A stretch of 64,000 nt of DNA from Octopus bimaculoides (Eukaryota): positions 85,845,653-85,909,652 of the forward strand of contig NC_068983.1 in NCBI RefSeq assembly GCF_001194135.2. Direction: 5' to 3'. The translations under genes and the position numbers were made by a program. Each line of letters starts with the position of its first letter. Positions within the stretch are counted from its first letter, which is position 1. The notes beneath the pieces were generated by a model. It saw only the letters and a program-made list of their open reading frames with translations, had not been told where the DNA came from and did no database searches. Positions 13,186-26,241 of the stretch are shown piece after piece.

Positions 13186-15360
13186 CACATATATATATAT
13201 ATATACATATATACGATGGGCTTATATATATATATATATAATAGCAAAGAATAGTGATGACTAAGGTACCATGGCGAGGGAATATAGTTGATTAACTTGA
13301 TTTCAAAATATTGTTACCTATTTAATCAATTTTACAGTGGTGGGAGAAAAGTTAACTTGTTAACCCACACTATTTGGTTGAAGCCAGCTCTTCCACACAA
13401 ACTGTTATAGCAGAAGTCCCTATAACAATTAAGTGTGAGAGAAAATAAAATAGCATAAGTGTGATTGTATCATCAGAAATATTTTAGCCTCTCAACAACT
13501 GGTATAAAACCACCCTCACTTCTTCCTTTTTCTCTCTCTTTCAAATTAGTTGGTAATCGCACTTGTGCCACTGTCACAAAAAAAAAAGAAAGAAAAAAAA
13601 GCCCAGTACATACAGTAAAGCGGTTGGTGTTAGGAAGGGCATCCAATCATCGAAACCATGCCAAAACTGATATTGATGCTTGTTGGATGTCAAACCATCC
13701 AACTCATGCTAGCATGGAAAAATGGGTGTTAAATGACTGAAAAATGATCAGCTTTCAATAAGTTCAAGTACAGGAGTTAAATGAACGTAGATCCCAGATT
13801 TGCTTCACTAGCAACTCGTGAAATATGTTACAGCACTTGTTTTATACACAATATGAAATTTTTTTAAAAGCAAGTGAGATTCTTTATCACAACGGTTTGA
13901 GCCCCCCCGCCATGAAAACCTAATCAGAAAATAAGAAATTCTGCTGAAATTTTGAATAACATTTATGCAAAGCCCTGTCATAACTAGAACACTATATCTA
14001 ATTCTAGAAATTAATTCCAAAATGGTTATGGATGAAAGCCCATCTTGGCAAGAAAAAAAAAAAAAAGAAAAATATATTCATAGCTAGCCTTTGAGATATA
14101 TGAAAACAAGAAATATATGATGGGAGTGGTTGGCATTAGGAAGGGCATCCAGCTGTAGAAACTCTGCCAAATTAGATTGGAGCCTGGTGTTGCCATCCGG
14201 TTTCACCAGTCCTCAGTCAAATCGTCCAACCCATGCTAGCATGGAAAGCGGACGTTAAACGATGATGATGATGATGAAGACTAGCTAAGATTGAAAGATA
14301 CATGGGCAAAATAATTAAATTAAAGAAAGCAATTTGGGAAGATTGTGAGCTTTGTGATTATGACACTATAAAGAGAAAGGTATTGGCTAGAATTGTCAAA
14401 ACAAACTGACTTCCCTGTGTCAAGTAGAAATGCAAACTCCTAGTATCAAAGTATTTTCTGGTTCATTTGCATACAACTACTACCAATAATAATGATGAAG
14501 ATGATTTCTTAGCTTGTCACACAAGCCACAAATTTGTAAGAGAAGAGCATATCTTATGAATCTCAGTGGATTAAAAGTTAGTCAACATAAGCGAGCTTTG
14601 ATTTCACAATGTTAAGTAATGATTCTATATACTTCAAGGAATTTAAGCTTGGCATTCAATCCTTTCCATCATTCACCTCCCTTTTATATTGGTTTCAAAT
14701 TTTGGGACAAGGCCAACAATTTAGTGGAAAGAGGTAAGTTGATTACAACAACCCCCAGTGATCAGCTGATACTTCTTACATCTCTTTTATATTAATATCG
14801 CCAAGAGCATTATAAAATATTGTTATTACACACAACAGTTCTGACCAACTGGGTTGAAAATTTTATTGAAAGAATAATCAGCAAATTTATTACATTTTTA
14901 GACAGAAGAGAGTGTATGCATGACTGTTATTTAGGAAGGGGCAGGAAAATACACGCCCACTACTACCACAAAAAAAAAAACCCCTCTTTAGTGCAAATGT
15001 TTATTTTCATAACCCTTTCAAATATCACAGAAAAGCCCAAATAAAATTTAAAAAAATATATATCCCCCAACAATAATTTCTAACATAAAAAAATGGTCAG
15101 AAATAGCAAGAAAGGGAACAGTCAATTGCATGTCAACCCCAGTATATGACTGGTACTTTATTGATCCTGGAAGGATGAAAGGCAAAGAAGTTAATTTTGG
15201 TAGGATTTGGAATCAGAGCATATTGAGTTGTAAATACCACAGCGTATTTTGTCCAACACTCTTAACGATTTTTGCCCCAAACTACCAAACCCCTATCTTA
15301 ACTCTAGTAATAAAACATAAAATCAATAAATTAAAACTTGAAATATATATCAACCAAACA

Positions 15361-15378
15361 TTTATTTTACTTTTTATT
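15361..15378 (-). promoter_or_regulatory. Candidate polyadenylation signals (two AATAAA) for HAT1
   Basis: tttatt at 15361-15366 and 15373-15378 on the plus strand, about 125-140 nt after the stop codon. The hexamer is common in AT-rich DNA. Confidence 0.4.
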
Positions 15379-15501
15379 TCCAAACAGATCAATTTGACAA
15401 ATGCATCTGAACCAGTTCTACTTTAGAATTAGCACCCCTATCCATTCCTCCAGCTTCTCATTAAACACCCGTTTGTTTATCATTAATTTTGTTCTTTACA
15501 G

Positions 15502-15831
15502 TTATTTAGTTTTATTGTGTTTGTGTTTGTGTTTGTGGTGTTTGTGTGTGTTATTTCTCCTCTCCTTATGCTGCCTGCTTTCTTTCTGTTCTGCTGTGCA
15601 TTTTTTTCTCCTTTTTTTCTTTTTAGCTGATTCCAATGGTGACGATGAGGATGAAGATGACAAAGTCGACGATGAAGACACCTTACGTTTTAACCTGCTC
15701 AATACCAGTTTGTAATTCTCATAAAGCATCTGGAACTGTATGTCTAAGTGCAAATATCTCCTCTCCAGCACCGATTGTAGTTTTTTAGGGTTGAGCATCA
15801 AACAGAGCTTCGGCAAGCTTTTACCTGACCT
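15502..15831 (-). CDS. HAT1: HAT1 terminal coding exon (109 aa plus stop) with a 62-aa C-terminal extension
   Basis: Acceptor is cattttcag|AGG, phase 0. RSGKSLPKLCLMLNPKKL aligns without gaps to human KKQRDLAKMRKCLRPEEL (L, K, L, P, L identical). FQMLYENYKLVLSRL aligns to FQELVEDYRRVIERL. TAA stop at 15502-15504. Confidence 0.85.
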   Translation of the reverse strand, partial: RSGKSLPKLCLMLNPKKLQSVLERRYLHLDIQFQMLYENYKLVLSRLKRKVSSSSTLSSSSSSSPLESAKKKKRRKKCTAEQKESRQHKERRNNTHKHHKHKHKHNKTK

Positions 15832-16028
15832 CTGAAAATGAATAATAAATGTTGTGAGTAATCTAATGTTTAGCTAGTTTTTTTGTTAGAGAGAGAGAGA
15901 GAGAGATATGCAGAGATAAAGAAGGAGTGAAGAAAAACAGAGAAAGATATAAAACGAAAGTGAAGAAGCAAAAAGCAGCAAGAAGATTTAACTGCCTATA
16001 GAGCTCTATTAACTGCTTCATGTGCAGC

Positions 16029-16080
<52 letters not shown>

Positions 16081-18800
16081 AAGAGAGAGCAANNNNNNNN
16101 NNCCTATTAGAATACCCCAAAAAAAAAAAAAAAAATAACAAGAATAAACTGTACTTCAAAACAATGCTTTCACAAATGGAGTGCATAAATGTAGGGATAA
16201 GACAATATTGCAGTTGTTGAAAGGTGGAACATACGGTACAGAAGATTGAAAGAGGACTTCTAAAATTAGAGGTTTCTTGGTTTTCTCTACTTCTGCACTT
16301 GTCTTGCCCACTAAATTAACCCATTTAGTTCGTTAAGGGCATCACTACCCAACAACTACCTGTCATCTAGAATTTAGTTGGGAGATCACCTTTTTCCAAG
16401 TTACTGTAATTTCCGACATAAAAGTTCAATTTTTCAGACTAAAATTTATAGTCCCCCAAAAAGGTAGGTAGACTTAATACATCAAAAAAACATTCCACGA
16501 AAACTGCAACAAGATTTGGTAAAATAGTGATGATGTTTGAATGTTTATGCTATATACTAGGTCAAATTGTATGCTGGAAAATATGGTACATACAGAATGG
16601 TAAGATTGGATATGATAAAACAGTCACCAATTTCAAAGAAATCAATCACTTATATTCAGTGTGAGAAGCATCATTGCATCATACAATGTCAGATGGTCCT
16701 GAGCTAGGTGGTGGCATGCCTAATCCCAGCCCAATCAGGGTTGATCTAGGGCCTTACTTAACAATAGCCTTTTAAGTATGAACAAATGAGGATGCTGTTA
16801 TGCAGTCATTCAACCAACTGGAAACAGTAACCAAACCTATCTAAAATCAGTTTTTACTTAGTCTTACAGAAGGAAGGATACATTAGATAATTCCCAGATA
16901 CATTGTGTAAAAAAAAAAAAAGAAGCCCATTGGCTATATATATATATCTGCCTGGGGTTCAACAGCTACCAGCAGAAAAGAAGCTCAGGCTGGCTCTGTG
17001 GTTCAATACTGTAATGACTTGTGTAAGCACAACAACGTCTAAGGAAATTGTTTAGAAGGCTTGATTCAAATGATACACAGAGTAGGTCAAGTAGCTATGA
17101 TGAAGTAGTAGTAGTGGTGGTGGCAGCAGCAGTTGCTTCATGCTTATAAATTCAAACTGAGTATGGCTAGACACAAAAAGTACATGAAATGAAAGTCAAT
17201 TGAAAGTGGCTATTGAACTCCTATCTCTTAGCTGAAAAGAATGGAGATGAGATAAATATAGGGGACAATTAACGCTTAACTCCTTTGCGAACATATTCCT
17301 TATAGGTATGTATTGCTTTTGTTTGAAGTAACTTTCAAAGTGTTAAAGAAACGAGGAGTTTAATTAAATCAGTGGTTTTATTTCACACAATTAGTGGCCT
17401 CAGAAAGTTAGAACTGAAATGGTTTAAGTGAAGTGAAAAACTGTGGAGAGTACTGTGTAACAAATTCTATTAATACATTTCCATCAGGTCATCTAAGCTC
17501 TATGGCAACCCTACAGTTTGCTTTCCTCCCTTTACATTCTGAACGAAATATCACTAGAATAAACTTTGGCTGTTGTTCATCCTTGGCAAGCTTGACTAAG
17601 TCTTTTATCCTCCAGGCTGACAAAAACAAATACCAGTAAATAACCACCTGTCTCCCTAGGAAGAATTTAGCCTTGTGTCTAGTCAAATGTAAGCAAGAAT
17701 TTAAGTCTGATGATTTGTCATTTCTGTCTTTGACTTACATTTCTAACACTACTGACTGTGAAAGAGGAATAGTGTGTATGCGTGTGTGTTTCAAAATACA
17801 TGCAAGCGACATCAATTTCATCACTAGAGAAGGGCAACTGATGACTCAGTAGTAACGAGCTGATTTAGATTGTAATTATCCATGAATTAAGTTCTTAACT
17901 TTCATGGGCTTGTTTCTATAACATTTCATCTCTCCCAAATCAATAGGCTGTCTGAAGAGCTTGACAAAAGCTGACCTATAGAGGATGTACAGATGACACC
18001 AATGTATTTAAATAGTGTTTTTCAGACGTGTTTGTATCAAGTATGGTTATTTTAATAACAGTTAAGCTCAGTTTAACATCTGTTCAACAAGCTAAATATA
18101 GTGATATGCAACTATTTTTCTGAGCAGTTAAGGACTCATAATGACAGATGCTTGGCTATGCTGTTAAGTAGATTAGATTCCAACCTATTTCAAATAACAT
18201 TTTCAAATGTCCCAGTATCAATTCTTGAAAGCAAGAACTGTAAAAGCCAATGAAACATACAGATTTAAGTGTCCAGTTCAGATAATGGAATTGAACCAAA
18301 GCCCTAAGAAATCTAATTCCAAAATCCTTATCAACATAGTTTAGTAGATTATATATTCCTCCTCCTTCACATGTTCACACTATTTTATATATAGCATAAA
18401 TATAACCACCATTCATTGTATACAATTACATTACATCCACTGGTCCTGTCTGTCTTTATCCTTTTATATTCTATCAAAACTAAGAGGTAAAGAGAGAGCT
18501 GTAGATTTGATAGTGTGTGAGATAAAAAATGCTTTGTGGTATTTTGTCATGTCTTTTGGAGTTCAAATCCCACTGAAGCTGACTCTATCATCCAATCTTT
18601 GGAGATTCTAACAAAAAGTATCAGTCAAGTTGGTCTCATTAAGTGAGAAATCATTGCTATAAAGAGATAAGATGACAGCAGTAGAACACCAAATATAGTG
18701 TTTTGTAGTATTTAGTTACATCCCCAAAATATGATTTATCAGATATAACTAATACAAAATTGGTTCTGTTCTTGATAAAAAGAAACAATAATAATAATAA

Positions 18801-19000
18801 TAAGGCCTGAAATTTGAGGGGAGAGGACTAGTCACTTATATTGACCCCAGTATTTCACTGGTAGTTAATTTATTGACCCTGAAAGGATGAAAAGCAAAGT
18901 TGACCACGGTGGAATTTGAACTCAGAACATAGCGATAGACAAAATATCGCTAAGCATTTCGTCCAGCATGTTAATAATTCTGTCAGCTTATGGCCTTAAA
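18801..19000 (-). mobile_element. tRNA SINE with gcctttcatcctttcggggtcgataaat core (MetaSINE-like, from recall) inside a (TAA)n tract
   Basis: B-box-like gagttcaaattcc. Copies at about 10130-10495, 15120-15290, 23945-24135, 37145-37365, 42870-43045 and 46570-46860. Confidence 0.7.
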
Positions 19001-19013
19001 TAATAATAATAAT

Positions 19014-19850
19014 AAATTCGTTTTATTGGCCACAAGGGCTTAATATCAATTAAAAACATTTAAGGACAAAGACAGGACGAAGGTTTTGTCCAAAAAGGTA
19101 GGAAAGTTCGTCTAAACAGAGGAAGAAAACGGAGAAAGAAATAAATAAATAAATAGAACTCCCAAAGGAGGAGGCGCTTCAAAAAAGGAAAGGTTACACG
19201 TGGAAAAACCCATAAAACCACGGGAGCCTGGTCAGAAAAAATAAGAAAGGGGTATAGAGCCCTTTCTCCTTTTACATTACCTTTTTTTTTTTTCTACAGG
19301 TGTATTCTCAGAATTGGTCCGTTTATACTGGCCATTCTTCCAACAGTCACCCATCTTTCAACGAATTTGCTGNNNNNNNNNNATATCACCTCTTTCGCTA
19401 CAGCCACTAGGCATAGGAAAATTGCCTTGCCCTCCCGGTTAAAGGAGGTTGGCGGGTCAATCCTCACGATGGATTCAGCTGATAGCCGGATCCATCCTAC
19501 ACGTGACAGTAGCTGTTCGATATAAACCCACAGGTCAGCAATGCTCAGGCACTGGACGAGTGCGTGCAGAACGGTTTCGTCGTCCTGAGTGCACCTCGGG
19601 CAGGCTCGGTTGACGGCACTTCCATGTTGGTAGAGTTTATCTTGAACAGGTAGTGCATCTCGGTAGCACTGCCAGGCGAGGGACCTTTGGAAATTATCCA
19701 TGGGCCCCGGCCCGAAAGTTCTCCTGAACAGACTGTTTAGCTGATTATCCTCGACGCCTAGAGTTTCCCCGAGAACGTCGTCGCACTTTTCCTCCACTAA
19801 CCCTCTATAGAACGCTAGAGTGGAGCTACTACCGATCGCACTGCCCGCCC
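19014..19850 (-). mobile_element. 5'-truncated Tx1/L1-clade LINE (ORF2 C-terminal zinc finger and 3' UTR)
   Basis: SLAWQCYRDALPVQDKL...ACPRCTQDDETVLHALVQC fits the CX2CX7HX4C zf-RVT motif. The 3' end is agcccttgtggccaataaaacgaattt(ATT)n. Both flanks are (TAA)n. Confidence 0.85.
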
Positions 19851-19893
<43 letters not shown>

Positions 19894-20864
19894 TAATGAA
19901 TTTGAAGAAGTTAAGTTCTTAGTGAGTGATCCTGATTTTCAGATAGATGCCAAAAGAAAAGTATGAATGTCTCTTTCACTTAATATAAATAGATATAAAC
20001 AAATTCAGTCAAGCATTAAAGTTATTATTCAAGTGGAGTATCAGAACAGGACAGTTCCTCGAAGTTTTACATATCTTTACATTTTGAATTTAAATCCATT
20101 CTAAGTTAATAAAATATGTAAAGTCAAGTACTGAGATGGATTAAATTGACAACTCCAGTATTAAAAAAAGAAAAAAAAAAATAGTTAGAAAGCATTATTA
20201 TAAGAAGCGAAATGGTTATGAAGCTAAAAGACTGGACTATTGACCAAACCTCACTACTAGAAAACCTATTGTGTTGTATATCTGAGCAGTGAGGCACCTA
20301 ACGCTGTTTATTTCAATGTGATTGAGGAGGAAACAATATGTGAGACACTAGAACATCTACTTACCTCAGTTTGCCTAACTGACAAACAAGTCCCACACCT
20401 ACTCTACAACTGAGTGGCTGGTTTAATGGGGGAAAGAGCAACAGCTGCAAAATAGAAGTCATTTGAACTAAAATGCCTATCCTGCTTACACTATCAAACA
20501 AAGTTATGGAGTGTAAAATAGTGATGAAAAAAAAATGAATACATTTTCAGATGGTAGTGCCCTAGAATAGTTAAAGTGGTTAGAACCATTAAACCATGTG
20601 GTTTAGTAGCTGTTGAAGCCAAACTTAACTGCAACAATGGTATTGTGGCCTAAGGCATGGTACATTATTCAAGCTTATTTCAATCTGTTCAGTTTATTCT
20701 TTTATTTGTTTCAGTCATTTGAAACAAGAAACAAGAAGAAAAAGAGAAAAAAAAAAAATCAGCTTAGGATTTGTGCCATGTTCTTAAAATTCAGCAATAT
20801 GGAGATTTGGTTTGGTGGTTAGTTAGGGATGTGTATCTCCTTGTTGTTGGTCTTCTGTAATAAG

Positions 20865-21595
20865 TGTCAGTGCTGCTCACTTTGGCATGAAGATGATGCT
20901 GACGAAGCTCACAAAGATCAGACTAGGGAAGAAGGGTTATGTGGCCAAGGATAAAAAGGCAAAGAACTCTCTCACAACTTCCTAGATGAAGTTGAGAAGA
21001 GACAGCACTGTGGCCTGTGAATATCTGTTCCAATATAATTGAAGTCCAATTTAAAAAAAAAAATAAGACAGTGCTAATGCCCACTGGCTAAAACCAGCAA
21101 CAGGAGGTAAAACAGATTTGTAGGCCAAATAGGGCGAGGTTTTCACCAGTAGAAAGGCCATTCAACAATAAAACCATCTGCTCACAACACATCACAGAAT
21201 AAATATATCAGCAATATGCCATTATTGTTCCATTTTTTGACACATTCCTCTTTGGTGTAAACTTGAAAGATTTCATTAAGCAAAACCGTGACAAATCCTG
21301 GATGTCAAATGGGATGACCAAGCAATGGCAAGAACAAAATCCACAAAAATCCCAAACCATGAATGCCAATAGCTAGACGCAACAATACTAATGCCCACCA
21401 AATTCTGTAGTCCAAACTCAAAGAAGATAATTGACCGAGGGGTACACCAAAGAAACACTTTTGTGACATCACCAAGGAGGTTATGCATTTTCTTATTTAG
21501 CATCCAACTTAACAACTGTGAAAAGTTAGCTGAAGATCCATAAGAACAGGAGGCAAGTATGCATAGAAGGAAGAAGCTGTTGTGATGAATCAGAT
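20865..21595 (+). mobile_element. Highly decayed RTE LINE fragment
   Basis: Across frames: KLERFH..QILDVKWDD and HQIL*SKLKEDN*PRGTPKKHFCD, matching the RTE RT C-terminal pattern. Many stops. Confidence 0.6.
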
Positions 21596-21656
21596 TTGAT
21601 ATAAGGTGAGGTATAAAAAGGAGAGATAGAGAGAGATATGAGAGAGAACAGTCAGT

Positions 21657-21883
21657 ATTTCTTTACTGCCCACAGGGACTAGACATAGAGGAGACAAACA
21701 AGGACAGGCAAAGGGATTAAGTCGATTATATTGATCCCAGTGTGTAATTGGTACTTATTTGGCACCGAAAGGATGAAAGGCAAAGTTGACCTTGGTGGAA
21801 TATGAATTCCGAATGTAACAGCAGACGAAATACTGCTAAGCATTTCGCCCAGCGTGCTAACGATTCTGCCAGCCCACTGCCCT
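21657..21883 (-). mobile_element. MetaSINE-like SINE variant with a Tx1-like 3' tail
   Basis: Same head and core as 18801-19000, but the tail is cctgtccttgtttgtctcctctatgtctagtccctgtgggcagtaaagaaat. Confidence 0.7.
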
Positions 21884-22025
21884 GAGAGAAGAGATCAATA
21901 ATGACTTATGGGACAAGGGCCATCTCTGTAGCTGATTTTGTGGCTAAGGCTGCACCTCAAACCTTGGTGAACTCAGTCGAGAAAACTGGGAGCATCAATG
22001 GCAAAGAAGAAACCTTGAAAACATC

Positions 22026-22067
<42 letters not shown>

Positions 22068-22101
22068 GNNNNNNNNNNNNNNNNNNNNNNNNNNNNNGAG
22101 G

Positions 22102-22143
<42 letters not shown>

Positions 22144-25100
22144 TGCCAAAATGCTGACAGAAAAGAAAAAAGAAAAAAGAAAAAGATGCAATGCAGTCAT
22201 TTGAAAGACATTGGATATATTCCTCTATGTGTTATTGTATAATTGTTACAAACACTAGTAGACTGTTTAACATTTACAAGTTGAAAAACCAGTCTAAGCT
22301 TTTAGAAAAGTCGACTACTCAAATAAGTAAAAGAAAGAAAGAAACAAACAAATAACTAGCACACACGCTCAGCACTCCTTGCTCAATTCTTTTTTTAATT
22401 TTCCGCAATTACAGACAGGCTGCTGGAGGGAAGATGGAGGAGTTTCTGAATCCATGACGAAATGAGTGAAACTTGAGGAAGAGGAGAGAGGGAGAGAGAG
22501 AAAGAGAGAAGGAAAGAGAGTGATGAACAAACTGTAAATCCAACCAGTTCCATTAGTATACCACTAAGGAAGATTAAAGTTTGGGTGAACTAACTACTTT
22601 ACACACTACTGCAGAAATTATGCAATTTTTATTTTCTTCATTTTAATCATCCGCCTTGTTGTTCCTCATGGCCTTTCAATATAGCATGCAATACAAACCA
22701 CACTGACACATTGCTGCTGAGATATCACATGTATGCACGTAAACACACTGCCAAACATACCATCAACTCTGCACCACTTACACCCAAACTCAATTACATG
22801 CTCTTGCACCTTCTTCAGTTAACACACCCACCACAGCGTGGGTCTTTGATTAAGTAACAAAAACACTTTGTCCAATACATGTACCTGATGGAAATCTTCA
22901 TGTAGTTGCCAGACAGTAAAAAAAATATAACAAACAAGTCTTTTGAATCACCCTCCAGTCTTAAAATGGGGATAAACTTTTTTGTTTCGAAAACCAATTT
23001 TGACAAAAAAAATCCTTCACTTTTCCCATTTGTATTTTGAAAATAGATGAGACGTTCATGGATAGAATGTCTTTGATCATAGACCTACTTGATCAGGACC
23101 AACCTGGGGCTCAACAAGAACAACATGTGGTCTAACTGCATTCTCAGACTGCCTTTCTGCATTTAATTATGAATCTTTTCAATGTAGGAGGTACTGACAA
23201 AACCAAGTGGTGGTGTTGTTCCTCATATTTCTTAGATTAGTGAATATAGTCCTACCCCTTTCACAGGAATAACGACAACAACAACAATAATAAATGCCCT
23301 GATGCACTACCGGCTTTCATGGCTCCTCATCTTAACTGATTGGAAGTGTTATCATGTACATTGTTTTGTCTTGGTATAAAAGATGGGCTACAGCAAATAT
23401 TCTACTCAATACCACAGATTTGCTTGTCAGTTGTTTGACTGTAACCAGTTGAGCATGTCCCTTGGTGGCTGATGATATGTGCAGCTCTGATCATGAGCAG
23501 AAGTAGTGGGGGTGCATCATAGCTATGTGCTGAGTGGAATTCTTTGGAGTTTGGATAATTCACCTCTGGAGACATGGGTATTTCGTTCAATGTCTTTTCA
23601 CAACCCTTATTCAGGGACCTTTTGAGCGGAATGGGCTATTCGACCTGAAGAAAATTCTAATTGGGTCCCACCTCCAAGGTCATGTGTTGTTAATCTTGAT
23701 ATGAGATCACCATGTCGCGTACATATGGTTGTGATGCATGTGCCTGATGTACCCTTATCAGAAGGGTAGTCATGATGGGTATACTGGGCTTTGTATATTN
23801 NNNNNNNNNTGATGCATGTGCCTGATGTACCCTTATCAGAAGGGTAGTCATGATGGGTATACTGGGCTTTGTATATTTTACCCCAGTGTCACTTTGATGG
23901 CATGCACTGCTCTCACACTCAACAACAACAACAACAACAATAATGGTTTCAAATTTCACCACAAGGGAAGCAGTTTTGGGGGAGGGGATGAGTCAGTTAC
24001 ATCGCACCCTAGTGTTCAATGGATACTTATTTTATCAACCCCGAAAGGAATTTGAACTCAGAATGTAGCGATGGGTGAAATACCACTAAGCATTTCATCC
24101 AGCGTGCTAACGATTCTACCAGCTCATCACCTTAATAATAATCCTTTCTACTAAAGGTACAAGACCTGAAATTTGTTCATGTTAAAGTAAAATTTTGGTG
24201 AGAGTGGATGAAAGAATATTTAGTAATATTTAGGTGTTCCCCAGAAAGAAAGAAGAAAAAAATGCAAGCCATATATTCTATCTTGGAAGTGGAAGATCAG
24301 GTGATATTTTAGCAATAGCAATTAACTTTCTTGCATTGTAAAACAAACAAGTGCAGAAGTAGCTTCATTATGTATCTTTCTTTTTTTCTTTGGTAATATC
24401 AAATTCTTGGGTGCTCCTTTTACTGACACCTGTAGCCTGATGGTTATTAGTGAAAACTTATGTCATAGTCTCATATTTCTCTTCTTATCTCTATAGCTGA
24501 TTATAAACGGCAGAATAATATAATTACGACAATAACTAGCTTAAAATATTAGGAGAACTTTGAAAAATTCTCCATTTCAACATTTTTTTTTAATATTATC
24601 CTAGCCATCCTCCACATATGTATGCTCAAAATATGAGCAGGGCAACAATAAGTGGCCTGCATACTTCCATCTGTGATTTGAATGTTTCACAAATACCATT
24701 GCGCATATACTGGATGTATTGTAATTGAGTATTTGACTGATCCTCCTTTGTTCTCACAATGGGCTTAGTCAAGTAATCTTGCATAAAGAGCAAATGAAAA
24801 TGAGAAATGTTTTCTCCTGTAATTAAATGATTAAAAAATCCAAAGCAACAACCCTCCTCCCCTCACTTCATACATATTTTATTATCATTATCTGCAGACT
24901 ATCTATTTCAGGATGAAGTACTTCAACAGCACATGAAGTTGTTCAAGAAGAATCTCCTTATATTTTATTGCATAAGTTATATTTTATCAAATACAATAGC
25001 AATGAGTTTTGAAAATAAATATTGAATTTTTGATTTTCGAAAGAATTGTTCAGAGAGTCAAATTTACTGAAACACTAATAAAAGGAATAATTACCTCAAC

Positions 25101-25410
25101 ATATACAGATAACAGAGACAGATTTAATGATGCAGGCAATTAGTCCAGGTTATCTGTCCAACCCCTTGTCAAACAATGAAGATTAATTCCTTTATAGAAG
25201 TGTGCTGTAACATACATCAACAATGGTTTTGGTTTTATAGCACTCATACTTACAGAGATGAATCTAACATGTGATGTTCATGCCTTTGTTAAGGTAATTA
25301 GTAAAATAAATATAGTAAACTTGGTTTCAACTGAATTAAAACCCGATCCCTAGATTAAAATAGCAGAAGACTAGCCACTCGTTTCCCTCCCTCTCTCTAT
25401 TTATATATAT

Positions 25411-25945
25411 GATGGCTGTCCACTCGTGACCGAGGAAGACCATTGCTGACCTTCAGGAACATTGTGCGCTCTAGGACTAACTTCTGCACTTGCGGCTCCA
25501 CAGGTGGCTAATGAGTCATGCTCTTGACAAGCATACATGACTGCAAACGTTGCAAACTAAGCTTTCCTCATTCCCTACACCAGCAGTGCGCGTTCAAGCA
25601 AAATATGTGCTCTTTCAAAAGTGTCGACCCCCCACCTCCTTAACCTGCTTTCTCCATGTGTGGCAATGACAGGCATTGCTCTCCCAGTCAGTCTCCAGCA
25701 TATTTAAGGACTTGATACAGTCCTTAAATTGAAGCCTTGGTTTCTGCCGGGGTCTCTTTCCATTCCTAAGTTCCCCATATAGCATCTGCTTAGGGATCCT
25801 GTTTTTCTTCATTCTAATAAGGTGTCCAGTCCAACGTAACCAGTACTTGTGCACCATCACCTCAATACTCAAGATATCAGTTGTCCTCAGGACTTGTGTA
25901 CCTGGAGTTTTTAAGGTCCAGCCAACATTCAGAATGTGTCTGATA
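25411..25945 (-). mobile_element. 5'-truncated RTE (BovB-like) LINE 3' end, flanked by (AT)n
   Basis: LRWTGHLIRMKKNRIPKQMLYGELRNGKRPRQKPRLQFKDCIK. Tail is ggtcttcctcggtcacgagtggacagccatc. Confidence 0.85.
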
Positions 25946-26170
25946 TATATATATATATACAAAATATATAGTTTTAGGGAAAATAACCAAGTTTCAAGAA
26001 CTCATCGATGAAAATCCATTATCACATATAGAAAAATTAACAATTAAAAGCACAATAAATGAGTATAATATAAAACAAAGTAAATATCATAAGATAAAGC
26101 TCAATTTAATTTTGATTTTTTATAAATTGATTTTAATTGAGTTTTTACCTGTAATTTTGGATTTTGTCCC

Positions 26171-26174
<4 letters not shown>

Positions 26175-26238
<64 letters not shown>
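26175..26238. repeat. (TA)n microsatellite, representative of many (TA)n, (GA)n, (CA)n, (TAA)n and (CAT)n tracts
   Basis: Directly visible. Others include 2817-2870, 3797-3838, 19851-19892, 40443-40480 and 48957-49070. Confidence 0.95.

Positions 26239-26241
<3 letters not shown>

Noticed and set aside
22368-22456. Short minus-strand ORF MDSETPPSSLQQPVCNCGKLKKELSKEC* with a reasonable ATG context
   Set aside because: 28 aa, no recognisable homology, no convincing splice donor, and no expression evidence.
22640-23010. Possible very old L1/Tx1 ORF2 3' remnant on the minus strand
   Set aside because: Only vague similarity with multiple stops; not supportable without a profile search.
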